Assembly (NCBI RefSeq): GCF_049243625.1
Contig: NZ_CP046975.1
DNA: 32,000 bases
Direction: 5' to 3' (one strand)
Source of the DNA: Corynebacterium amycolatum
GTDB lineage: Bacteria; Actinomycetota; Actinomycetes; Mycobacteriales; Mycobacteriaceae
Shown piece after piece: positions 17,430 to 27,817 of the stretch; within the stretch, counting starts at the first letter, position 1; each line of letters starts with the position of its first letter. Both the position numbers and the translations under genes were made by a program. The notes beneath the pieces are model-generated. The model was not told the DNA's origin. It was given only the letters and a program-made list of their open reading frames with translations, and searched no databases.

Positions 17430-18365
17430 TTACAGCGTGACGTCGTCAAGCGCGTTGCAAATCTGCGGTGGCAGCGTGAGTTGTTCGGCGGTGAGGTTTT
17501 CGCGTAGCTGAGCGCGGTCTCGAGCGCCAACGAGGATCGAGGTGACGCCCGGCCGATCGCGCGCCCAGGAAACCGCTGCGACGGCAGCACTGACGCCGAG
17601 CCCCTTGGCTGCGGTGGTCAGCGCACCTGCGACCGTGACGCCGCGTGTGTCGAGGTAGTCCTGTACCTCTGCGTCCGCGTGTTCGGAAGCAGCGCGGGAG
17701 TCCTCCGGAATGATGTGTTGGTATTTGGCGGTCAACACACCTTGGGCCAGTGGGGCGCCACCGATAAAGCCGAGACCCAAATGCTCACAGGCGGGCAGCA
17801 GCTCAGCCTCAGGGCTTCGCTGGAGCAGCGAGTACTCATGCTGTGCGAACACCGGAGCGATTCGATTCGCGGCGGCATGCGTCACCGCTGCTTGCCATCC
17901 GCTGTATCCACGCAGTCCGGCGTAACGTACTTTCCCAGTACGTACAGCCCATTCCAGGGTGTCGGCGACCTCTTCCGGTGGGGTCAGCCCATCCCAGTAG
18001 CCGGGCGACCACAGATCAATGTGTTCGACGCCGAGGCGTCCGAGCGTATCGTCGAGGTCCTTTTGCAGTGTCTTACGCGAGCAGTCCACGCGCCTGCCGA
18101 CGGGCCGCTCGGGGTGTATGCCAGATGCGACCGAAAGCACCAATTCGTCGGCAACGCCGCGCTTTGCGATGACTGCACCCAGCATGTCGGCAACAGTGTC
18201 GCCGCCGTGGAGTGGGGAAGCATCGACAAGGTTGCCTCCGGCGTCGAGGAAGTCCGTCAGGATGCGTCCGGCCTCGTCTTGCCTGGTACCCGCACCCCAG
18301 GTGGCCGTACCCAGCCCCAAGGCGGAGACGCGTAAACCGCTGTTGCCCAGAATTCGTTGTTGCAC
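17430..18365 (-). CDS. Aldo/keto reductase family oxidoreductase
   Basis: N-terminal segment [19 protein letters not shown] plus AKR core blocks ([26 protein letters not shown]). GTG start. Confidence 0.88.
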   Translation of the reverse strand: MQQRILGNSGLRVSALGLGTATWGAGTRQDEAGRILTDFLDAGGNLVDASPLHGGDTVADMLGAVIAKRGVADELVLSVASGIHPERPVGRRVDCSRKTLQKDLDDTLGRLGVEHIDLWSPGYWDGLTPPEEVADTLEWAVRTGKVRYAGLRGYSGWQAAVTHAAANRIAPVFAQHEYSLLQRSPEAELLPACEHLGLGFIGGAPLAQGVLTAKYQHIIPEDSRAASEHADAEVQDYLDTRGVTVAGALTTAAKGLGVSAAVAAVSWARDRPGVTSILVGARDRAQLRENLTAEQLTLPPQICNALDDVTL

Positions 18366-18372
18366 GATTTTT

Positions 18373-18378
18373 ACTTTA
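18373..18378 (-). promoter_or_regulatory. Candidate -10 hexamer (TAAAGT) for a leaderless AKR transcript
   Basis: The minus strand reads TAAAGT-aaaaatc-GTG. The hexamer ends 7 nt before the start codon and there is no SD. Confidence 0.3.
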
Positions 18379-18497
18379 GGACACCTGTGTGCGGTCGCGG
18401 GAAAGCTTCCGCGGGAGAGGCCTCGCTACGGCCGCGCCGAAACCTCGCTATAGCCACAACACAAATCGGACGAGTAGCCTATACACCCGTGACTATC

Positions 18498-19379
18498 ATG
18501 ACGACACTAAGCGCCTCAGCGGATACTGCTGCCGATACCGCCGGCACCGGTATGACCTGGGCGCAGACAATCATCCTTTCCGTAGTGCAAGGTCTGACGG
18601 AATTTCTCCCGGTGAGTTCCTCGGGGCACCTGCGGATTGTCTCTGAGCTGCTGTGGGGCCAGGACGCCGGCGCATCCTTCACCGCTGTAGTACAGCTCGG
18701 CACCGAATTGGCTGTGCTGGTGTTCTTCGCCAAGGACATCTGGCAGATTCTCACTGGCTGGTTTGCCGGCCTGTTCAATAAGGAAGCACGCGGTTTCAAC
18801 TACCGCATGGGCTGGATGGTGATTGTCGGTACACTGCCGATTGCCATCATCGGCGTGCTGGGGAAGGATCTCATCCGCGACAACCTGCGCAATCTCTGGA
18901 TTACAGCCGCTGTGTTGGTGCTTTTCTCCTTTGTCTTTATCGCCGCAGAGAAGTTCGGCCGTCGTGAGCGCAACTATGAAGAGCTGACCATGCGAGATGC
19001 CATCGTCATGGGTTTCGCGCAGTGTCTGGCGCTCATTCCGGGGGTGTCGCGCTCGGGCGGTACGGTGTCTGCCGGCCTGTTCTTGCACTTGGATCGAGAG
19101 GTTGCAACGCGCTTTTCCTTCCTGCTGGCTATCCCCGCTGTTTTCGCTGCTGGAATTTTTTCGCTTCCAGACGCGTTTGACCCTGCGGCGGGACAGGCCG
19201 CTAGTGGTGCGCAATTGGCCATCGGTACGCTGATTGCCTTCGTCGTCGGTTATGCGTCTATCGCATGGCTGCTGAAGTTTGTGTCGAACCACTCCTTCGC
19301 TTGGTTCTCCGCGTACCGCATCCCGGTCGGTTTGATTGTTATGGTGTTGCTCGGCTTCGGCACGATCAACGCTGTTTAG
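18498..19379 (+). CDS. uppP: Undecaprenyl-diphosphate phosphatase
   Basis: The segments [17 protein letters not shown] and [10 protein letters not shown] are the hallmark UppP/BacA motifs. Start is uncertain: ATG 18498 or ATG 18552 ([10 protein letters not shown]). The 18357 extension overlaps the AKR start and looks spurious. Confidence 0.88.
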   Translation: MTTLSASADTAADTAGTGMTWAQTIILSVVQGLTEFLPVSSSGHLRIVSELLWGQDAGASFTAVVQLGTELAVLVFFAKDIWQILTGWFAGLFNKEARGFNYRMGWMVIVGTLPIAIIGVLGKDLIRDNLRNLWITAAVLVLFSFVFIAAEKFGRRERNYEELTMRDAIVMGFAQCLALIPGVSRSGGTVSAGLFLHLDREVATRFSFLLAIPAVFAAGIFSLPDAFDPAAGQAASGAQLAIGTLIAFVVGYASIAWLLKFVSNHSFAWFSAYRIPVGLIVMVLLGFGTINAV

Positions 19380-19397
19380 TGAGGTAGTGAGTATTTC

Positions 19398-20780
19398 ATG
19401 CATTCGTGGCCCCAACCACAGGTTCCCAGTCTCGGCGATGCGCGCTTCGATGTGTTCAACCGCGCCAGCAATGCAGGTACGGCGCATTCGCTTGACGACG
19501 AAAGCTCAACATCGGTACCCTTACGCCTCTACGACACCGCGGATCAGAAGGTCTCCCAGGTGGAAGCGGGGCCAGAGGCGACTATGTACGTGTGTGGCAT
19601 CACGCCCTATGACGCCACGCACCTGGGGCACGCGGCAACGTACCTCACCTTTGATTTGATCTACCGCCAGCTGCTGGACAATGGGCACTCGGTGCATTAC
19701 GTGCAGAACATCACCGATGTCGATGACCCGTTGTTCGAGCGTGCGGAGCGCGATGGGGTGGACTGGCGCGAGCTGGGCACCTCGCAGATTGATTTGTTCC
19801 GCTCGGATATGGAAAACCTGTCGGTGATTCCGCCGCGCGACTACATCGGCGCCATTGAGTCCGTCGATGAGGTCGTGGAAATGGTCGAGAAGCTACTGGA
19901 GAACGGCTCGGCCTATCAGCTCACCAATGACGAGTACCCGGATGTGTACTTCCGCAAGAGTGCCACCGAGAACTTTGGCTACGAATCCAATTATTCGGCA
20001 GAGCAGATGGCGGAGTTCTTTGCGGAGCGCGGTGGCGACCCGGATCGCCCGGGCAAGGAAGATCCGCTAGACGCGCTGGTGTGGCGTGCTGCTCGCCCTG
20101 GAGAACCAAGCTGGAACGCCCCCTTTGGTGCGGGCCGTCCGGGTTGGCATATTGAGTGCTCGGCGATTGCTACCAATCGCTTGGGTAAGAGCTTCGACAT
20201 TCAGGGCGGTGGCTCTGACCTGGCGTTTCCACACCATGAGTTCTCGGCGGCTCACGCTGAGGCCGCTACTGGTTGTGCACGCATGGCTAGCCACTACGTT
20301 CACGCGGGCATGATTGCGCTGGATGGCGTCAAGATGTCCAAGTCGCTGGGCAACCTCGTCTTTGTCTCCAAGCTGGTGGCCGCCGGCGTGGATCCGAGTG
20401 CGATTCGTATTGGCGTGTTCGCCAGCCATTACCGCTCTGATCGCGATTGGTCGGACGAGGTGCTGGAGGCGGCCAAGGCACGTCTCGAGACCTGGCGTGC
20501 GGCTTGCGCAGCTACTAAGACTGCCACCGATGAGAAGGCGGTGAGCGCGGCAGCGGCACTGGTTGCCGATGTGCGCGCAAGCCTGGCCAATGACTTGGAT
20601 ACGCCGGCTGCTCTGGACGCTATCGATGCCTGGGCTGCGGAGTGGTCCTCGGCTACCGGCAACAAGGCAGAAGCTGGCGCAACAGAAGAGGCCGCAGAAG
20701 CTGGCACAGTAACTGGCGCAGCCGGCGCCGGCGAATTTGTCGCCACCGCGCTGGACGCGCTGCTTGGCGTTAAACTTTGA
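19398..20780 (+). CDS. mshC: L-cysteine:1D-myo-inositol 2-amino-2-deoxy-alpha-D-glucopyranoside ligase (mycothiol biosynthesis)
   Basis: Class I aaRS-like HIGH (THLGHAATY) and KMSKS motifs are present. The segments [13 protein letters not shown] and [12 protein letters not shown] closely resemble remembered Mtb MshC. Confidence 0.92.
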   Translation: MHSWPQPQVPSLGDARFDVFNRASNAGTAHSLDDESSTSVPLRLYDTADQKVSQVEAGPEATMYVCGITPYDATHLGHAATYLTFDLIYRQLLDNGHSVHYVQNITDVDDPLFERAERDGVDWRELGTSQIDLFRSDMENLSVIPPRDYIGAIESVDEVVEMVEKLLENGSAYQLTNDEYPDVYFRKSATENFGYESNYSAEQMAEFFAERGGDPDRPGKEDPLDALVWRAARPGEPSWNAPFGAGRPGWHIECSAIATNRLGKSFDIQGGGSDLAFPHHEFSAAHAEAATGCARMASHYVHAGMIALDGVKMSKSLGNLVFVSKLVAAGVDPSAIRIGVFASHYRSDRDWSDEVLEAAKARLETWRAACAATKTATDEKAVSAAAALVADVRASLANDLDTPAALDAIDAWAAEWSSATGNKAEAGATEEAAEAGTVTGAAGAGEFVATALDALLGVKL

Positions 20781-20782
20781 TC

Positions 20783-21190
20783 ATGAGCAACTCAGACATG
20801 TCTGCAGTCGAAGTAACGAAAGAGAACATCGATAAACTAGTTGCCGATTTGCGCATGTTTGCCACCGGCAGCTACCTGCAGCCCGAGGAACGCGAGTTCT
20901 GGGAGCCACTTTTTGACGAAGCGGTAGCCGACCAGGTCGGGGAAGTTCTCCGCGAGGCCGCCGCTGGTATTGATCAGGCGGCGGAGCTGGCCGTCGATAA
21001 GCGAGAAGAAGCCGCGACGCAGGCGGTAGAGAACTGCCTACAGCGCGTGGCTGCGATTGAGCATGAGCACGGCGGCTCGATTTTTGACGAGGAGCTCGAC
21101 GAGATTCTCGTGATTATCAATTCCGCAACGAAAGCTGTCGGTTTGGACCTACCTGCGGTGAAGGCAGAAAGCTACTTCGAGATGGAATAA
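20783..21190 (+). CDS. Small acidic hypothetical protein (135 aa)
   Basis: The ORF starts 3 nt after the mshC stop (ATG 20783). It is strongly Asp/Glu-rich and looks predominantly helical. No motif recognised. Confidence 0.6.
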   Translation: MSNSDMSAVEVTKENIDKLVADLRMFATGSYLQPEEREFWEPLFDEAVADQVGEVLREAAAGIDQAAELAVDKREEAATQAVENCLQRVAAIEHEHGGSIFDEELDEILVIINSATKAVGLDLPAVKAESYFEME

Positions 21191-21220
21191 CCAGCCCGAT
21201 TAACGGCGCGATTATAAAAG

Positions 21221-21236
21221 TAGACTAAGGTGTCTA
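21221..21236. promoter_or_regulatory. McbR-type operator TAGAC-N6-GTCTA upstream of metH
   Basis: aagTAGACtaaggtGTCTActt ends 1 nt before the metH ATG. It matches exactly the published C. glutamicum McbR consensus TAGAC-N6-GTCTA. Arms extend to 8 bp and the N6 spacer contains the AAGG SD. Confidence 0.6.
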
Positions 21237-21239
21237 CTT

Positions 21240-24200
21240 ATGACTGATCGCCACTCTTCCGAGTTCCTCACCGCACTGCACAGCCGTGTACTCATTGGCG
21301 ACGGCGCCATGGGTACCCAGCTGCAGTCTTTTGACCTCGACGTTGACGCGGACTTCCTCGGCTACGAGGGCTGTAATGAGATTCTCAATGACACTCGTCC
21401 CGACATTATCGAGACGATTCATCGACGCTATTTCGAGGCCGGCGCCGACCTGGTCGAAACCAATACCTTCGGCTGTAACTTCCCGAACCTCGCGGATTAC
21501 GACATCGAAGACCGTATCCAGGAACTAGCGCACAAGGGCACCGCAATCGCCCGCAAGGTCGCTGACGAAATGGGGCCGGGGCGCGAGGGCATGCGACGCT
21601 TTGTCCTCGGTTCGCTGGGCCCGGGCACGAAGCTGCCGTCTTTGGGGCACGCTCCGTACGCTCAGCTTCGCGACGCTTACACGGAGGCCGGACTCGGCAT
21701 GATTTCCGGTGGCGCGGACGCGTTTTTGATTGAAACCTGTCAGGACTTGCTGCAGGTAAAGGCGGCCGTCAACGGTGTCAAGGCCGCTATGCGACAGACT
21801 GAGAAGAAGATTCCGATCGTCGTCCACGTGACTGTCGAGACCACGGGCACCATGCTGATGGGCTCGGAGATTGGTGCAGCCTTGGCAGCGCTGCAGCCGC
21901 TGGGTATCGACATGATTGGTCTGAACTGTGCAACGGGTCCGGACGAGATGAGCGAGCACCTGCGCTACCTGTCCAACTTCGCCTCGATCCCGGTATCGGT
22001 GATGCCGAATGCGGGTCTACCAGTGCTGGGTAAGAACGGTGCGACCTACCCGCTGACCGCCCCAGAGCTGGCCACTGCACTGCGCGGCTTTGTTGAAGAG
22101 TTCGGTCTGGCAATGGTCGGTGGCTGCTGTGGTACCACGCCGGAGCATGTTTCCGCTGTTCGCGACGCTATTACCGGTGCTGGCACCTACGCCGAACAGG
22201 GCCCAGCCGTTAAGGCAGAACGCCCATCGACGGATCCGGACGCAAAGCCCATCGATGAGGTCGCTTCTCTGTACTCGGCAACCCCGCTGACGCAGACGAC
22301 CGGCATCACCATGATTGGTGAGCGCACCAACGCCAACGGCTCCAAGGCTTTCCGCGAGGCCATGCTGGCCGGTGATTGGGAGAAGTGCCTTAACACCGCC
22401 CGAGGTCAGGTCACCGATGGCGCACACATGATTGACCTGTGTGTCGACTACGTGGGTCGCGACGGTCGTGATGACATGGCAACCCTGGCATCTCAAATCG
22501 CCACCTCGGTGACCTTGCCGGTCATGCTGGACTCTACGGAACCGGAAGTTCTTAAGACTGGCCTGGAGCACCTCGGTGGTCGCTGTGCGGTCAACTCTGT
22601 GAACTTTGAAGACGGCGATGGCCCTGAGTCGCGCTACCAGCGTATTATGCGCCAGGTTGTTGAGCACGGTGCTGCCGTGGTCGCTTTGACTATCGACGAA
22701 GACGGTCAGGCGCGTACGAAGGATAAGAAGGTTGAGATTGCCGAGCGCCTCATCGCCGACATCACCGGCACGTGGGGACTGCGCGAGCAGGACATTATTG
22801 TCGACTGTCTGACTTTCCCGATTTCCACTGGGCAGGAGGAAACTCGCCGCGACGGCATCGAAACCATCGAAGCCATCCGCGAACTTAAGCGTCGCCACCC
22901 GAACGTGCACACCACGCTCGGCCTGTCCAACATCTCCTTCGGTCTGAACCCGGCGGCTCGCCAGGTACTCAACTCGGTATTCCTCAACGAGTGCATCGAG
23001 GCCGGCTTGGACTCCGCCATTGCCCACAGCTCCAAGATCTTGCCGATGAACAAGATCGACGACAAACAGCGCGAAGTCGCTCTCGATATGGTCTACGACC
23101 GCCGTCGTGAAGCGGGACACCCTGACGGGGAGTACGACCCACTGCAGGTCTTCATGGAGCTCTTCGAAGGAGTCTCCGCCGCTGACGCTAAGGACGCCCG
23201 GGCCGAGAAGCTCGCCGCCATGCCGCTGTTCGACCGCCTGGCGCAGCGCATCATCGACGGCGAGCGCACAGGTATCGAAGCTGACCTCGATGAGGGCATG
23301 AAGGAAAAGGAACCCCTGGCGATCGTCAACGAAGACCTGCTACGAGGTATGCAGACCGTTGGTGACCTGTTCGGTTCCGGTCAGATGCAGCTGCCATTCG
23401 TGCTGCAGTCGGCCGAGACGATGAAGGCCGCGGTGAGCTACCTCGAGGGCTTTATGGATGCCGAGGATGCCACGGGCTCCAAGGGCTCGATTGTGCTGGC
23501 CACGGTGAAGGGCGATGTCCACGACATCGGCAAGAACCTGGTGGAGATTATTCTCTCCAACAACGGCTACACCGTGCATAACCTGGGCATTAAGCAGCCG
23601 ATTGCTACGATTTTGTCCGCAGCTAAGGAACTGGATGTCGATGCCATCGGCATGTCCGGTCTGCTGGTGAAGTCCACTGTGGTGATGAAGGACAACCTGC
23701 TGGAGATCAACTCCGCCGGTGATGCCGCCCGCTTCCCAGTGCTGCTCGGCGGCGCCGCGCTGACGCGTAGCTACGTGGAAGACGACCTGTCTGAGCTTTA
23801 CCACGGCGATGTCTACTACGGCAGGGATGCCTTCGAAGGACTGCGCATCATGGATGAGCTGATGGCAGCTAAGAAGGGCCTCGGCCCGGACGAGAATTCG
23901 CCTGAGGCCATCGCCGCCCGCGAAAAGAAGGAAGCTCGCCGCGCCCGCCGTGAGCGCTCAAAGCGGATCGCCGCGCAGCGCGCCGCCAAGGCTGCTGCTG
24001 AAGCCCCCGAGGTGCCGGAGCGTTCCGACGTCGCCGCTGATGTCCCCGTTGCGACACCGCCGTTCTGGGGAACCCGCATCGTCAAGGGTCTGCCTCTCGA
24101 CGACTACCTGACCACTCTCGATGAACGCGCTCTGTTCATGGGACAGTGGGGCCTGCGCGGCACCCGCGGCGACGAGGGACCGAGCTACGAGGAACTGGTC

Positions 24201-24899
24201 GAATCCGATGGTCGTCCACGCCTGCGCGCATGGCTGCAGCGCCTGCGCGCCGAGAACATTCTCCAACATGCGGCTGTCGTCTATGGCTACTTCCCGGCAG
24301 TTTCTGAGGGCGATACCGTCCACGTACTGCCGCTGCCTGCGGAAGGGGAGCAGCCTGACCCCACGGCCGAGCCAGTGGTGTCCTGGACCTTCCCGCGTCA
24401 GCAGCGCGGTCGCTTCCTGTGCATTGCTGACTTCATTCGCTCGCGCGAAGATGCCATCGCCGCAGGGCAGACCGACGTCATGCCGTTCCAGCTGGTGACC
24501 ATGGGACAGCCCATCGCTGACTTCGCCAACGATATTTACGCCAAGAACGAATACCGCGACTACCTGGAGGTTCACGGTATCGGTGTGCAGCTCACCGAGG
24601 CGCTGGCCGAGTACTGGCACCAGCGCATTCGCTTCGAGCTCGCGTTCTCCGACGGCACAAGTGTTGGCGCGGAAGACTCCGACGATACCCAGGACTTCTT
24701 TGACCTGAAGTACCGTGGCGCTCGTTACTCCTTCGGCTATGGTTCCTGCCCGGATCTGACCTTCCGTCAGGGCATGATTGACCTGCTGCAGCCGGAGCGC
24801 ATCGGCGTGGAACTCTCTGAGGAGCTCCAGCTGCACCCAGAGCAGTCCACCGATGCGTTCGTGCTCTACCACCCGGAAGCGAAGTACTTCAACGTGTAG
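21240..24899 (+). CDS. metH: Cobalamin-dependent methionine synthase
   Basis: 1219 aa with all modules: Hcy-binding (GDGAMGT), pterin-binding, B12-binding (GDVHDIGKN) and the AdoMet activation domain (RYSFGYGSCPDL). Confidence 0.96.
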   Translation: MTDRHSSEFLTALHSRVLIGDGAMGTQLQSFDLDVDADFLGYEGCNEILNDTRPDIIETIHRRYFEAGADLVETNTFGCNFPNLADYDIEDRIQELAHKGTAIARKVADEMGPGREGMRRFVLGSLGPGTKLPSLGHAPYAQLRDAYTEAGLGMISGGADAFLIETCQDLLQVKAAVNGVKAAMRQTEKKIPIVVHVTVETTGTMLMGSEIGAALAALQPLGIDMIGLNCATGPDEMSEHLRYLSNFASIPVSVMPNAGLPVLGKNGATYPLTAPELATALRGFVEEFGLAMVGGCCGTTPEHVSAVRDAITGAGTYAEQGPAVKAERPSTDPDAKPIDEVASLYSATPLTQTTGITMIGERTNANGSKAFREAMLAGDWEKCLNTARGQVTDGAHMIDLCVDYVGRDGRDDMATLASQIATSVTLPVMLDSTEPEVLKTGLEHLGGRCAVNSVNFEDGDGPESRYQRIMRQVVEHGAAVVALTIDEDGQARTKDKKVEIAERLIADITGTWGLREQDIIVDCLTFPISTGQEETRRDGIETIEAIRELKRRHPNVHTTLGLSNISFGLNPAARQVLNSVFLNECIEAGLDSAIAHSSKILPMNKIDDKQREVALDMVYDRRREAGHPDGEYDPLQVFMELFEGVSAADAKDARAEKLAAMPLFDRLAQRIIDGERTGIEADLDEGMKEKEPLAIVNEDLLRGMQTVGDLFGSGQMQLPFVLQSAETMKAAVSYLEGFMDAEDATGSKGSIVLATVKGDVHDIGKNLVEIILSNNGYTVHNLGIKQPIATILSAAKELDVDAIGMSGLLVKSTVVMKDNLLEINSAGDAARFPVLLGGAALTRSYVEDDLSELYHGDVYYGRDAFEGLRIMDELMAAKKGLGPDENSPEAIAAREKKEARRARRERSKRIAAQRAAKAAAEAPEVPERSDVAADVPVATPPFWGTRIVKGLPLDDYLTTLDERALFMGQWGLRGTRGDEGPSYEELVESDGRPRLRAWLQRLRAENILQHAAVVYGYFPAVSEGDTVHVLPLPAEGEQPDPTAEPVVSWTFPRQQRGRFLCIADFIRSREDAIAAGQTDVMPFQLVTMGQPIADFANDIYAKNEYRDYLEVHGIGVQLTEALAEYWHQRIRFELAFSDGTSVGAEDSDDTQDFFDLKYRGARYSFGYGSCPDLTFRQGMIDLLQPERIGVELSEELQLHPEQSTDAFVLYHPEAKYFNV

Positions 24900-24906
24900 C
24901 TTGGCG

Positions 24907-25812
24907 TTATCCCTGCGGTCGCACCAGCAAGGTCTGCATGCTGCGGCCAATGGGGCCGTGCACATCGTAGAGCTCGCCCGCAGTCATGCCGATTCCGTCC
25001 GGACCGATGGAACCGCGGGCGGCGATGCCAACCCAGCCGCCGTCTTCCGGCTGCGACTCCGATTCCGCCGACTGCTCCGATGGGCCAAGCTGGGGGAGTC
25101 GGTGCAGGTGAACCACTAAGTCGGTATTCATAAACGCCCACTGATGCGGGCTCAGCGTGGCTCCGACACCGTTGGCGGTATCGGCTACCTGCATGACTCG
25201 CTCCACCGCAGTCGGCTCCTCCCCGAGCACGATTGGGTATGTCGCGCGAACCCAGTGAATCTGCGTCTCGGCCAGCTCTTCCGTCGCACCTGCGCGGGCT
25301 TCAATCGATTCGATGTAGCCGCCACTCCAGTCGTCGGTAAGCGGAATGTACTCGGCGCTACATTCCTCGGGCCCGGGCACCTGCTTGTCGAATGCACGCT
25401 CAATATCCCGCGTATCCGCGGTGGCCATCATCCACGCGGACGCGGTGGCAACGGGCCACCAGGCACCCTTGACGTCGGCAAGCAATTCGGCTTCGATCTT
25501 GGCGATCTGCCGCCCCGGGCGCGAGACCCATGACCGCGCGCGCAGCTCCGTGTACGGTACAGCCGACAACAGATCCACGGCGATGCGAGTAATACGCATT
25601 CCCTCGCTTTCCAGGCGCCTGCGCTCCAACATGCGTGTCAGCAGCGCCGACGGTGGCGCACCGTGCTGAAACGGCCCCCACGCCCCGTAAGTGAAGCTGG
25701 TGGGCATGAAGCGCTCGTAGCTGAGCTCGCCTTCGGTGACCGCGCCTAACGGAATAAAGTACGCCTCGGGCTGGTCGATTGCCTGGGCGAGTGAATCTTC
25801 AGTGGTTGTCAT
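24907..25812 (-). CDS. Thioesterase-like (double hot-dog, acyl-CoA thioesterase superfamily) protein
   Basis: ATG 25812 is preceded by GAAAGG. About 301 aa. The overall pattern resembles actinobacterial 'thioesterase family protein' annotations. This is a weak call made by eye. Confidence 0.6.
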   Translation of the reverse strand: MTTTEDSLAQAIDQPEAYFIPLGAVTEGELSYERFMPTSFTYGAWGPFQHGAPPSALLTRMLERRRLESEGMRITRIAVDLLSAVPYTELRARSWVSRPGRQIAKIEAELLADVKGAWWPVATASAWMMATADTRDIERAFDKQVPGPEECSAEYIPLTDDWSGGYIESIEARAGATEELAETQIHWVRATYPIVLGEEPTAVERVMQVADTANGVGATLSPHQWAFMNTDLVVHLHRLPQLGPSEQSAESESQPEDGGWVGIAARGSIGPDGIGMTAGELYDVHGPIGRSMQTLLVRPQG

Positions 25813-25967
25813 AGCGAGTCGATGCCTTTCATTCGCGCGGGACACGTTCATGCGGTGGTTGCATGCAGCACCGCGACATACTTTCCTTTCTAAAACTCTA
25901 AACCCAAATCCGGCGGCTTTGCTGACATAATCGCTAAATGCTTGTTTGCCTGGCATAGTCGCATGGT

Positions 25968-26651
25968 GTGAAAGCAATTTTGTGGGACATGGACGGCAGC
26001 CTCATCAACACGGAACCCCTGTGGGAGATTGCCACGTACGACCTCTCGGAATTCGTAGGCCGTCGCCTGACTCCGGAGTTGCGCATGCAGTGCGTCGGCA
26101 ACACTCTCTGGGACACGCTGTCTGTTTGCGCTGATCATGCGGGACGCACGCTTGACGACGCGCTGTTTTCCTCGGGCTCCCAATTCGTCGAAAACCGCTT
26201 CACAGAATTGGTTCTAGAACATGGGGTGGAGTGGCGCCCGGGTGTGCCGGAGATTTTGGACCAGGCCCGAGCTGCTGACATTCCGGTGGTGTTGGTGACC
26301 AATACTCGCCGACACGTGGCGCAACCCTGCATTGATGTCATGGGGGAGCAGCACTTCGCGGCAACAGTGTGTAGCGATGAGGTGGCCAACGGCAAGCCGG
26401 CGCCGGATCCGTACTTGCGTGGCGCAGAGCTCGTCGGATTTGCGCCAGAGGACTGCCTGGCTATCGAAGACTCCTCAACCGGGGTGCGCTCTGCACTCGC
26501 TGCGGGATGCACGGTGGTGTGGAATCCAATGCCGGATGTGAGCGTTTCGCAAGCTGATGTGGAGACGCTAGTACCCCCGGCGCGCTTCATTTCGGGCAAT
26601 TTGGATACCTCGAATTTGGGCTTATTGCGGGCTGCTTTCGCGGGCGAGTAG
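25968..26651 (+). CDS. HAD-superfamily hydrolase, subfamily IA
   Basis: GTG start. Motif I is [11 protein letters not shown] and motif II is LVTNT. The C-terminal motifs GKPAPDPY and EDSSTGV are also present. Confidence 0.85.
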   Translation: MKAILWDMDGSLINTEPLWEIATYDLSEFVGRRLTPELRMQCVGNTLWDTLSVCADHAGRTLDDALFSSGSQFVENRFTELVLEHGVEWRPGVPEILDQARAADIPVVLVTNTRRHVAQPCIDVMGEQHFAATVCSDEVANGKPAPDPYLRGAELVGFAPEDCLAIEDSSTGVRSALAAGCTVVWNPMPDVSVSQADVETLVPPARFISGNLDTSNLGLLRAAFAGE

Positions 26652-26673
26652 ACGACATGGAACAATAGACCAG

Positions 26674-26937
26674 GTGAAGAACTTTGATGACCTGTTTGCA
26701 GAGCTGAAGGAAAAAGCACAGTCGCGTCCCGAGGGATCGGGCACAGTCAAGGCGCTAGACGCTGGTGTGCATTTCCAGGGCAAGAAAATTGTCGAAGAGG
26801 CCGGTGAGGTCTGGCTTGCAGCTGAGCACGAATCTGACGAAGCCCTCGCAGAGGAGATTTCGCAGCTGTTGTACTGGCTGCAGGTGGTCATGGTCGGTCG
26901 CGGGCTGAGCCCCGAGGATGTTTACAAGTACCTGTAG
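26674..26937 (+). CDS. hisE: Phosphoribosyl-ATP pyrophosphatase
   Basis: 87 aa. The segments [12 protein letters not shown]...GSGTVKAL and [31 protein letters not shown] are typical of HisE. It lies upstream of hisG. Confidence 0.92.
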   Translation: MKNFDDLFAELKEKAQSRPEGSGTVKALDAGVHFQGKKIVEEAGEVWLAAEHESDEALAEEISQLLYWLQVVMVGRGLSPEDVYKYL

Positions 26938-26951
26938 GAGAAATCAACACC

Positions 26952-27797
26952 ATGCTGCGTATTGCCGTGCCCAACAAGGGATCGCTGTCCGAGGCGGCAG
27001 TCGAAATCCTGAAGGAAGCTGGTTACCCGGGTCGAGGCGACTCCAAGAGCCTGACCATCCACGACGAAGCCAACGAAATTGAGTTTTTCTTCCTTCGCCC
27101 GAAGGACATTCCCATCTATGTTGGCAACGGTCATCTGGATTTGGGCATCACAGGCCGCGACCTGGCCGCTGACTCGCTGGCTCCGGTCGATGAGGTTCTG
27201 AATCTGGGCTTCGGTGCCTCGACTTTCCGCTACGCCGCCCCAGCCGATGAGGAGTGGACCGTAGAAGCTCTGGAGGGCAAGCGCATTGCCACCTCGTACC
27301 CGAATCTGGTGCGCGAAGACCTGAAGGCTCGCGGCATTAACGCCACCGTCATTCGCCTTGATGGTGCAGTGGAGATTTCCATCCGCTTGGGAGTTGCCGA
27401 CGTTATCGCCGACGTTGTCTCCACCGGCCGCACCCTGCGTAAGCAGGGGTTGAAGCCATTCGGCGATGTTTTGGTCAGCTCTGAGGCAGTTGTTGTCGGA
27501 CGCAAGGGTGTGGAGGTCACCGAGGAGCAGCAGGTGTTCCTGCGTCGTATGACCGGCATTCTGCATGCCAAGACGTACTTGATGATTGACTACAACATCC
27601 GTGCGTCCGCGTTGGAAGAGGCATCCAAGCTCACCCCGGGCCTGTCTGGCCCGACCGTGTCGCCGCTGGCTAACGAGGATTGGGTAGCAGTTCGCGCGCT
27701 AGTCCCGAAGGCAGAGGCCAACCCGCTCATGGATGCCCTGGCGAAGATTGGTGCCGAGGCAATCTTGGCCTCGAATATCCGCATCGCGCGTATCTAG
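26952..27797 (+). CDS. hisG: ATP phosphoribosyltransferase (long form)
   Basis: The segments [34 protein letters not shown] and DVVSTGRTL are present; 281 aa. Confidence 0.95.
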   Translation: MLRIAVPNKGSLSEAAVEILKEAGYPGRGDSKSLTIHDEANEIEFFFLRPKDIPIYVGNGHLDLGITGRDLAADSLAPVDEVLNLGFGASTFRYAAPADEEWTVEALEGKRIATSYPNLVREDLKARGINATVIRLDGAVEISIRLGVADVIADVVSTGRTLRKQGLKPFGDVLVSSEAVVVGRKGVEVTEEQQVFLRRMTGILHAKTYLMIDYNIRASALEEASKLTPGLSGPTVSPLANEDWVAVRALVPKAEANPLMDALAKIGAEAILASNIRIARI

Positions 27798-27817
27798 TGG
27801 AAGCTTGACCTGCTCAA

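Noticed and set aside
22017-24965. Antisense ORFs of 367 aa and 335 aa inside metH.
   Set aside because: Both share the metH codon register, so the same explanation applies. They have no SD or promoter context and no recognisable domains.
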